64,000 nt of DNA from Candidatus Spongiisociaceae bacterium (GTDB lineage: Bacteria > Actinomycetota > Acidimicrobiia > Spongiisociales > Spongiisociaceae), in contig OZ253564.1 in the NCBI GenBank assembly GCA_965262915.1, positions 4,928,001-4,992,000 of the forward strand, read 5' to 3'. Each line of letters starts with the position of its first letter. Position 1 is the stretch's first letter. Positions 40,684 to 49,445 of the stretch are shown here, piece after piece. The position numbers and the translations under genes are program-made. The notes beneath the pieces were generated by a model that was given only the letters and a program-made list of their open reading frames with translations, was not told where the DNA came from and did no database searches.

Positions 40684-41276
40684 CGATATTGCCTTTGTCT
40701 CGCTATTAGCAACGAGTTGTTGTCGCCCGGTTTCGCGCGTCGTCTAAGGTGCATCATTCGGACACATAGCCACATGGGCATGGTCTCCGGTAGACGACAG
40801 GTAGTCGCGCCCCGATAAGATTATCCGCAACCTCCGAGACTGCCGGACAATAGCTCGTCAGCGCCATTGACAATAGCACGATAACGGCATAGCGTCAGCA
40901 GGATAACGGCATAGCGTCTGCAACAACATTAGTGCCAAGCACGATATTAATGGAAATCTTAATGATATGGTAAGCATCAATATTAATCCCATCGCACAAG
41001 GTAATACGGCTTTCGGGCAGTGCGCTCCGGTCACGTCGGACCATGTCGCGTCACCTAGCACCGCCACACAGCCAGCACCTCCTGGGCTGTCCGGCGCCAT
41101 CGGCCGGTTGTGCCGATCAGCGTCGATCCCGGCCGCGACCAACTTGGGCCCCGGCAACCGCTACCGAAACCAGATGTAAAGCCGGCCGCGACCGACCGTC
41201 CCCAGCTCGCCGGGGGGTGGCGCTGCGGTTGGCGGTAGTGTCAGTAGGGTGGGTGGCAGCAAGCGATCGGAGGATT

Positions 41277-41684
41277 GTGCTCACGCTCAGCGGACTGAAC
41301 TGGTTGGCGATCATCGTGGCGGCTATCGCATTCTTCGCCTTGGCGGCAATCTGGTACCAGCCACCTGTGATGGGTCGGAGGTGGATGGAGGCAGCCGGTG
41401 TCGAGCCATCCGGCGACGGACCCAACCCGTGGATCTTCGTAGGTACGCTGGTCGCCTACTTCATCATGGCGGTCGTCCTCGCCATGATCGCCCGGGGGAC
41501 CGGCGCCTCATCGTTCTCCGACGGACTCGTCCTGGGCCTCTCGACCGGTATCGTCTTCGTAGCTTCGCAAGCGTGGATCAACGCTACCTACGAAGGCAGA
41601 TCGAAGAAGCTGGTAATCGCCAACGGTGGCATCGGCATCATCGGACACGTCGTCATGGCGGTGATCGTCACCACTTGGGCTTAA
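41277..41684 (+). CDS. DUF1761 family membrane protein
   Basis: LNWLAIIVAA...IWY.P..G..W; GTG start after GGAGG. Confidence 0.75.
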   Translation: MLTLSGLNWLAIIVAAIAFFALAAIWYQPPVMGRRWMEAAGVEPSGDGPNPWIFVGTLVAYFIMAVVLAMIARGTGASSFSDGLVLGLSTGIVFVASQAWINATYEGRSKKLVIANGGIGIIGHVVMAVIVTTWA

Positions 41685-41829
41685 GAGGGTGTGCGGATAG
41701 GCGGACACGACTGCTCCTATCCGTAGACCCAACCCGGTTTCCCCGCCGGAGAACCCCTGGTCAGGGCCGTGGACTCGTCAACCGTCGCGGTCACTGTTTC
41801 CCCAGGTGACCACCTATCCGCACACCCTC
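41685..41829. mobile_element. MITE, 145 bp (copy 2)
   Basis: TIR GAGGGTGTGCGGATAGG/CCTATCCGCACACCCTC; flanks TAA/TAG; the TAA is the stop codon of the upstream gene. Confidence 0.8.
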
Positions 41830-42146
41830 TAGGTAGAACCTGGAGCAATCCCCCGGAAGCCGTCGCTCACCCAGGAACACCCGGATACCGGATATCGAAT
41901 GAGCTGATGTCGTTGGTGGTGTTTTTCTCCTGGAAGGGTTGGCTCTGATACCAACCGGAACCGAATACGAGCCATCACAGTTAGAGGGTGCGCTCGATGA
42001 GATCGGATTGCTTGACGTGCCCGGTTCGCCTTGCTGGACTCTGAGCCCTGCGAGGAGGTGGTCCATCCCGGCCCAAGCGGTCAACCGGTTTTCGATCATT
42101 GCGCCGACGAGTTGGGCTTGGTGATGTACGAGTTGCGTCGGCACCT

Positions 42147-42875
42147 GTGACGGCCGGCGGGCCGGTCCCGAAAAAGGGACCCGGTACCTATCGGCGCGAC
42201 TGCATCATCATGGGCGTCGCTGTCGGGGTGACCGGGACCACGTTCGGGGTGTTCGCAGACGCAGCCGGCCTCGACCTGCCACGGGTTGTAGCCATGTCTG
42301 CACTGATGTTCACCGGCGCATCACAGTTCGCGGCGGTCGGCGTCATCAACGACGGAGGGACGGGCGGTGCAGCGGTAGGTGCGGCCCTGCTGCTGGCTGC
42401 CCGCAACACCCTCTACGGTCCGGTGGTGCGCCGTGCTTTGCCGGTCTCGACACTGGCCCGGCTGGGCGCAGCCCACTTCGTGGTCGACGAGACCACCGCT
42501 ATGGCCGCTGCTCAGACCGGCCGCCGGGCCGCCGCCGGCGCCTTCCGGTTGGCGAGCATCAGTCTTTGGCTGTGCTGGAATCTGGGCTCGGTCGTTGGAG
42601 CGGTGGCCGGCTCTGTCCTGGGTACACCCGAGACATGGGGACTCGACGCTGCATTCCCTGCCATCTTCGTCGCGCTGCTCCCTGCCCATCTGCGCACGGT
42701 GGCTGGACGAACGGCAGCAGCGGCGGCAGCAGCTATCGCGTTGGGTGCGGTGCCGTTCACCGCGCCCGGAATCCCGATCCTGCTGTCGGTACTCGCTTTG
42801 CTGCCTGCGCTTTACGTTCGAGCCCGCCGACAGCGGCTACCGGGTCCTGGAAACGAGGCGGGGGCCGCGCCGTGA
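42147..42875 (+). CDS. azlC: AzlC family branched-chain amino acid exporter
   Basis: MSALMFTGASQFA, RNTLYG, VDET.A and GLDAAFPA. Confidence 0.85.
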   Translation: MTAGGPVPKKGPGTYRRDCIIMGVAVGVTGTTFGVFADAAGLDLPRVVAMSALMFTGASQFAAVGVINDGGTGGAAVGAALLLAARNTLYGPVVRRALPVSTLARLGAAHFVVDETTAMAAAQTGRRAAAGAFRLASISLWLCWNLGSVVGAVAGSVLGTPETWGLDAAFPAIFVALLPAHLRTVAGRTAAAAAAAIALGAVPFTAPGIPILLSVLALLPALYVRARRQRLPGPGNEAGAAP

Positions 42876-43171
42876 GCTGGCTGTTGCTGATCGTGCTCGT
42901 GGTCGGCTCCTACGCCTTGAAGGCCTTGGGCGTCACAACGCTGGGCAGCACTATCGAGCGCAGGCTAGGCCCGGTTGTGGCGCTTGTACCGGCCTCGTTG
43001 TTCACGGCCCTTATCCTGGTCATGACCGTCGAGGAGGCCGGCGAACTGGTAATCGACGCGCGGCTCTCAGGAGTAGCCGCCGGGGCTGTGGCTGTGTGGC
43101 TCAAGGCACCGCTCATCGTCGTAGTGCTGACAGCCATGGCTGTCACTGCCGGGCTTCGAGCCCTATCCTGA
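42872..43171 (+). CDS. azlD: AzlD family protein
   Basis: Small hydrophobic ORF with GTGA overlap to azlC; YALKALG and DARL motifs. Confidence 0.8.
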   Translation: MSWLLLIVLVVGSYALKALGVTTLGSTIERRLGPVVALVPASLFTALILVMTVEEAGELVIDARLSGVAAGAVAVWLKAPLIVVVLTAMAVTAGLRALS

Positions 43172-43284
43172 TCGACCAACTTGCCCTTGAGGGTGTCCGG
43201 CGACTCGGGGGGATGGCCGCTTGCCAAGGCATGATCTATCCGTGAATCACCAAGACGTCCCGCTGGTGGTGGCGTGAGGCGATG

Positions 43285-44362
43285 TCACTTCAGAACGGCC
43301 TGCTCCCATAGGCGCCAATTCCCTTCGATTTGACCGCCCCGGATGCCATACAGCGTGTTGACCGACGCCAGAAGCCCGTCGCAGGAGTTCGGAACGATCG
43401 TAACCAAGTCTCCAATGCAAGGGCGTGCAGGTGCGTCCGGGAGTTCGACCACTGCGTGCTCCGTGTAGAGGCGGGTGATTCGAGCTTCGGGATACTCCAG
43501 GATGTGCTCGTAAGTGGACCGGCCGGGAATCTCGTTGTTGGAAAGTATCCGCCATCCAACGTCGAGGACAACTCGATTGGCGTTCGGTCGGCTGATTACG
43601 GTGCTAACCACCCGTAATGCACAGTTCTCATAGGTCACCAGTCCATATTCGACTTTGGTGGCGTCGTAGAACGAGTAGTTGCCGGGCCGAGCTTCCGTGA
43701 CCGTCTTCGGCGGACAATCCGGCCAGGCTCGCATCGCGAACACTGTTCCTCCGACGCTCACCGAAGGGACATCGATTCCAGCGCGGGCCAGTCGGGATAC
43801 GACCTCTGCCAGAAGAGCTTCGCTTCGGTCGATATCGGAACACTCCGGATTGCCACCCAGGTAAGCGGCAAGCCCGGCAAACTCGAGGACCGGCGATTGG
43901 GCGACCGCTTTGGCGAGCGCCGCGGCTCGGGTCGGCAAATCCTGTGCGAGCGCCGCCGATATCGCACTCGACATACACAGGAGCCTTCCGGCCAAAGATT
44001 ACGGCAACCCGGGATAATTTTTCGATAGCTTCGTCCGACTCTGCGGTAATAGCCAATGCCGTACGGGCCTGAAGCTCCATGAACCGACTTAGCTTCTTGC
44101 TGTCCACCAGCGAGTTGGTAAGCAGGATCTCCCTGAACCCTGCCGCGACCATCGTCTCTACTTCGTCAAGGGTCTGGCAGGCGATACCCGCCGCGCCTGC
44201 CGAAACTTGCATCCGACCGAGCGCCGGGACGCGATGCACCTTGATGTGTGGACGAAGGCTGATCCTGCTCTCTCCCAGCCTCCGGTGCATAGCGATGGTG
44301 TTGGCCTCGAAGGTATCGATCATCACCATTGTGAATGGTGTCGAGAGAGTGTCCGGCGTCAA
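43285..44362 (-). pseudogene. D-threonine aldolase/alanine racemase-like PLP enzyme, frameshift near 43930
   Basis: LRPHIKVH and VECDIG..RTG in one frame; EARPGNY.FYD, EHA and VPNSC in another. Confidence 0.8.
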
Positions 44363-44380
44363 GCCAGAGATACGATCCCC

Positions 44381-44857
44381 TTACCTGGATCCATGTGGAT
44401 GGGGGTGGTCGTCCTGGGGCCCGCAGCCATCGCAGAACCCCAGGAACGCGAAGTGGTGGGGGTTGGTTTGGAAACCGTACTTGTGATGGAGGAGTTCGTA
44501 AAGAGAGGAAAACTCCGAGTGAGGTATCTCGATTGTCTTGCCGCAGAATTCACACACCAGGTGTTCGTGGTCGTGTTCCAAGGTGACGTGCCACTTTCCG
44601 GATTGCCCGTTCTTCAGCGGAATGTGATGGACCAGTCCGATACGGGCGAGGTCGTCAAGGACCCGGTAAACCGTGGACGCTTCTATGCGGCCGGTGCTTT
44701 TCAATACATGATCAATGATCATCCGGGCGCTGATGAAAGGCTCATCACTCGTTACCAGGGCACGGACTACGGCTCTTCTGGGAAGAGTCAACCGCAATCC
44801 AGCCTCCCGGATTTTCTCGATTAACAGGTCTTCAGTCAGAACGACATCGGTGGACAT
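44381..44857 (-). CDS. Fur/Zur family metal-responsive regulator
   Basis: GLRLTLPRR, STVYRVL, HDHEHLVCEFCG and GFCDGC. Confidence 0.9.
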   Translation of the reverse strand: MSTDVVLTEDLLIEKIREAGLRLTLPRRAVVRALVTSDEPFISARMIIDHVLKSTGRIEASTVYRVLDDLARIGLVHHIPLKNGQSGKWHVTLEHDHEHLVCEFCGKTIEIPHSEFSSLYELLHHKYGFQTNPHHFAFLGFCDGCGPQDDHPHPHGSR

Positions 44858-45016
44858 GCGCCTGGTGGATTGTAGCACGTGCATATGGCACCTGTTGCAA
44901 CTTGTTGTCATCAACAACATCATCGACTTTGCCAACCACTGGCAGCTTCGGTATCAAGGGGGTCAATCTCTTGCCCGCATCTGCGGATCGGTTGCCTGCT
45001 CGAGCCTCCATTCTGT

Positions 45017-46124
45017 TCAGCCGCGAAAGCGGGCCGGATGGATGATGGTCGGGTCAACGTCGGCTTCCAGCAGGTCGTCGGGCAACCCCACGCCCAACAC
45101 CTGGCTGACCAGTAGAGCCCCATATGCGGGCGAGGTGCGGATGCCGACACCCCCTTGGCCGACCAGCCAGAAGAAGCCCGGCGCGGCCGGATCCTCGCCG
45201 ACCGCCATCTCTCGATCGGGAGCGAAAGTGCGAAGGCCGGTCCATTCGGAGTTGACCGAGCGTATTCGGAGCGTTGTTGCCTGGTTAATGCGGTCGATGG
45301 CAAGGGCCACGTCCTCGGTTCGCGGCCTAGGGTCCGTGGGCTGGGAGAACTCCTCCTCGGCAACGGAGCACAGCAACTGTACGCCGTCGGGTTTGAAGTA
45401 GAAGCGCCGGTCGGCGTCCACCACCATCGGCCAGTCTGCGTAGTCCGACTTACCCGGGACCATGAACACCGTCCGGCGAAATGACTTGAGGCCGATCGGC
45501 GCCACTCCCGCCATGATCTCCCCATGCACCCGCTGCGTTGATGACCGCCCGACACCCTATCCGCGGCCCACCGCCCGTGACAATCCAACCTGTCATTGTC
45601 CGATCGATGGCTGTAACCGCCGCCTTGGTTCGGATCTCGGCTCCATGTCGGGGGGCGACTCGCAAGAAAGCCTGGTGGAGGGCGGCCACGTCGAGGTCAC
45701 GAGCGGTCGGCTCATACAGGCCACCGACTATTCGGTCTTGCCTCATCACCGGCACCATATCCATCACTTCTTCACCTGAAAGAAACACTGTTCCGGTTGC
45801 CGAGGCACCTCCCCCTCTCCTCCCGATCTCCTCCAAACCGGGCATCTGGTGCTGGTCCGCCACCCACAGCAATCCCCGATCGGTCAGAAGCGGCGCGTCT
45901 GTGGCGCTCGGCGGTGGGTTCTCCAGGAAGCGTCGGCTAGCCCTGCCCAGTGCTCTGGAACCCGGGTCTTGGTAGTTGAGACGGAACATTGCCGCGGAGC
46001 GTCCCGTAGCGTGGTAGCTGAGGACAGGCTCCATCTCCAATAGGATGACCGACCCGTGGGGAGCGAGGTGCGCCGCAACCGACATCCCGGCAATCCCGCC
46101 GCCGATCACAACGAAGTCGATCAC
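45017..46124 (-). pseudogene. FAD-dependent D-amino acid oxidoreductase (DadA family), frameshift near 45520
   Basis: IGGGIAG, HATGRSAA and NAAGAW; then WTGLRTFAPDR and GQGGVGIRTSPA in another frame. Confidence 0.82.
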
Positions 46125-46250
46125 TCGGGGCGATCCTCGGCGCTGCGTCCTGCGGTACGGCCCGGCAGTGACGACGGGGAAAGATCTGTTTGGTTCCTTC
46201 CGGTTGCAAACTGTCCCTTCAAAGGGCGCTTCCAACTCTTCCGGTGATCG

Positions 46251-47551
46251 TCACAGGGCCGGTCGGGCAGATGAAGGAGACCGCTCCCCACTCGCCGCGA
46301 TGACGCCGGTCGTCTCGAGGAAGGTGTCCACTTCGGCCGGGGTGATGTAGTGACAGGTAGAGATGCGTATTACAGGACCACAGCCGAGAGCTTTGAGGAC
46401 GCGCCCCGAATAGACATCCATGTTCCGAGCCCGCACCCCGATTCCGGCCTGTGGGTACATACCAACCGCGGTGTTCGCATCGGCTTCATCGAAGCTGAAC
46501 ATGAGGATGCAGATACGAACTTTGGGGCCGTCGGAGGATCCGTGGGTGCGTACCCCCGGGATCTGCGTCAGTCCCGGTGTGGTATCCGAGCCGCGCCAGA
46601 ATCGCTCCAGGAGGAAGGCGTCATGCTGTGCGGTGGCCTGCATGGCGATCAGCACTGCTTGGCGGCGATCGGCCGGATCACCTAACTCGCCACCCAGCCA
46701 CTCCAGGTACTCCACTACTTCGGCCCAGGCGGCGAAGGTTGCGTCCTCCATGGAGCCCAGTTTCCACGCGTCGGGTGGCGCCCCCTCCAGTTTCCAGTGC
46801 GGGAGAGCCGCCAAGCGGTCTGAAAGGACGCCGAAGCCGATGCCCTTGATCCCGAACACCTTGTATGGCGCGAATATGTAGGCGTCAACGCCTAGACGGA
46901 GGGAGTCGACCGGGTAGTGAGCGGCGTACTGGACGCCGCCGACAATGGTGATCACATCGGGGCTTCGAATCCGCGCTCCGGCGGCGATCTCAGCCACATC
47001 CACCATCGCACCCGTGTCATTGGACGCGTGGGTGGTAACTATCGTATCGGTGCCCCCATCGACCAGATCCAGCACGCTCGAAGCGGCCACCCTGCCGGTG
47101 ACGGGGTTCAGCGGCGCCACCCGAATCTGCTTCCCGTGCTGACGGCCGAAGAATCGCGCTGCATCGTATGCTGCCGGGTGATCAAGATCACTGGTCACGA
47201 TATTGCTCCCGTTTCCCGCGGCCAACGCTGCTCCGACGACTCGGAAGATGGCATGTACCGCGCTCATGGCCGGCATGACCACCCGATCGCCGGCACCCAG
47301 GAAGTCGCGGACCGCTGCGATTCCCTGTCCTATCGAGGTGTTTGCCTGTATGGAGGCGGGGCTGGGACGCCCGATAGCGTCGGGCCACCGGCTCATCTCC
47401 TCCAAAGTGTTCACAGCCTGTTTGAGACGCTGTGAACCTGCTGCTCCATCAAGGAACACCCGACTACCGGATATCGGATCCTGGTCCGGGTAGTACAACC
47501 GGTCCTTATCCGCTCCAGCAACTCGGGGGCAAATGGTTTGGCGGCGGTCAT
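46251..47551 (-). pseudogene. Aminotransferase class V (cysteine desulfurase-like), probable frameshift near 47503
   Basis: MTAAKPFAPELLERIR joins DRLYYPDQDP..FLDGAAGS in another frame; DHPA, HASN.TG and APYKVFG. Confidence 0.7.
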
Positions 47552-47816
47552 CGAACCTCCGGCTTGAGGGTTGCCGACAACCAGGTTTCCCGGTCGCGTC
47601 CTGGTCGTCCAGCCCAGGTGGGCACGGCGTTGGATCCTGGCGGGGAAAAGCGGATGACCACCCCACGGTTGGCAAGAGGATGGTGTGGCAGGCATGCTCA
47701 TCGTCATTCGAAACCTGCGGTATCGCCAAAGAGAATTTATCGCTACTGTTGGCAATTGTACTATGTATGATTATAGTGCTAGTGCAATACCGTCCGCAAG
47801 CAAAACGGGGGTCAAA

Positions 47817-48878
47817 GTGAAAGAGACGGCATCGGGCCAGCCCCACGACCACCCCCACGACCACGACCACGGTTCTTCGTTCTGGTCCGGGATCAAGCAT
47901 GGATTGAGCGAGTTGTTCGGAATGCACTCCCATGACCCCGCGGAGTCAATCGACAGCGATCTCGAAAGCAGCTCTCGGGGGATCAAGGCGCTGGTTATCT
48001 CGTTCTCCGTGTTGATGGTGACCGCTCTGATCCAGGCGGGGATTGTCTTGCTTACAGGCTCGGTGTCGCTGATCGCTGATACCATTCACAATTTCTCCGA
48101 CGCACTCACCGCCGTGCCACTGTTCGTCGCCTTCCGGCTGGGGAGGAGGGCAGCCACCCGTCGCTACACCTACGGCTACCGTCGAGCGGAGGACCTCGCC
48201 GGGCTCTTTGTGGTGTTGATGATCTTCATTTCTGCCATCGTGGTTCTCTGGGAGTCCATCAATCGGCTTTTCAATCCACGGGAACTCGAGTATCTCGGCG
48301 TGCTCTTCGCCGCTGGAATAGTGGGTTTTGCCGGCAACGAACTGGTGGCCCTATATCGCATTCGCATTGGCAGACAGATCGGATCGGCTGCTTTGGTGGC
48401 CGACGGGCGTCACGCTCGCGCCGATGGATTCACATCGCTGGCCGTGGCAGCCAGTGCGGTGGGTGTTTGGCTGGGCTTTGAGCATGCCGACCCGATCGCG
48501 GGGATCGTCGTCGGTATCGTGATCCTACGCGTCATGTGGTCGGCGGCGCGTGACATCTACGGGCGGCTCATGGACGCAGTCCAGCCGGACTTGGTCGACG
48601 AGATTGAAAGTGTCACCCTCTCCGTCGACGGAGTGCTCGGTGTCAATTCTTGCCAGGTGAGGTGGATGGGCCATCGTCTACGGGCTGACATCTCGATCGG
48701 CGTCGACTCGAGCCTTTCGGTAGGAGATGGCCACACCGTTGGAGAACATGTGCGCCATACCCTCCAACATAAAGTGCGGTTCCTTGATGAAGCATTCGTG
48801 CATGTCGACTCGGTAGCCGCCGCTATCTCAAAAGAGGACACCCCCCAAGTCATCGAAGCAGGAGAACGAGCCATTTGA
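47817..48878 (+). CDS. Cation diffusion facilitator (CDF) transporter with His-rich N-terminus
   Basis: HDHPHDHDH, ADTIHNFSD, TYGYRRAEDLA and ADGRHARAD. Confidence 0.92.
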   Translation: MKETASGQPHDHPHDHDHGSSFWSGIKHGLSELFGMHSHDPAESIDSDLESSSRGIKALVISFSVLMVTALIQAGIVLLTGSVSLIADTIHNFSDALTAVPLFVAFRLGRRAATRRYTYGYRRAEDLAGLFVVLMIFISAIVVLWESINRLFNPRELEYLGVLFAAGIVGFAGNELVALYRIRIGRQIGSAALVADGRHARADGFTSLAVAASAVGVWLGFEHADPIAGIVVGIVILRVMWSAARDIYGRLMDAVQPDLVDEIESVTLSVDGVLGVNSCQVRWMGHRLRADISIGVDSSLSVGDGHTVGEHVRHTLQHKVRFLDEAFVHVDSVAAAISKEDTPQVIEAGERAI

Positions 48879-49445
48879 CAGCATGTAGGGCGCGGTCACG
48901 AAATATGGCCACGGATCACACCAAAAGAGAAAGACAGTGAACCTGTAATACAACAACCGCCACTGGTCGCGTTGGGTGGTATAGGTTTCCGTATTGGCAT
49001 TGATCGCCGCACAGCATGGCCTTGGCATAGCCCGTGAAGAAGGTATCAGGTGTGACTGAACCGTGCCGGATCAAGCATCATTTTTGTGCATTGGAAGACA
49101 CTCCGCGTGGTGGAACACACCGTCGCTGACAAGAGGAGACCGCACGAACGTGGGTGGGTCCGGTTGGCTCGGGAGCTAGTCGAAAACTTCCGGACCCCCC
49201 ATCGGCGTTGCGTTCTATTGCGGTGACGCCCCGGAGCCCGGAGGACAGTCACCCACCCAAAAAAGGGGTTGGTTTCTCTATTGGATAGACATGGAAAAAC
49301 TTGTCTACTTGCCATGGATACACATACCCTCGATTCGACAGAGAACCTCTTCTTGGCGCCGATACCATTCGTTTCTGGTGGTACTCCCGACCATCCGTGG
49401 TAACTGCTCTAAGAGGACTTAGCGACAGCCACACATCTGATAAGG

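Noticed and set aside
49046-49315. Minus-strand peptide shared by both cassette copies (RQV..CLS.RETNP.FGWVTVL; also 54423-54605)
   Set aside because: Differences between the copies are mostly non-synonymous and the ORF ends differ, so it is not under coding constraint.
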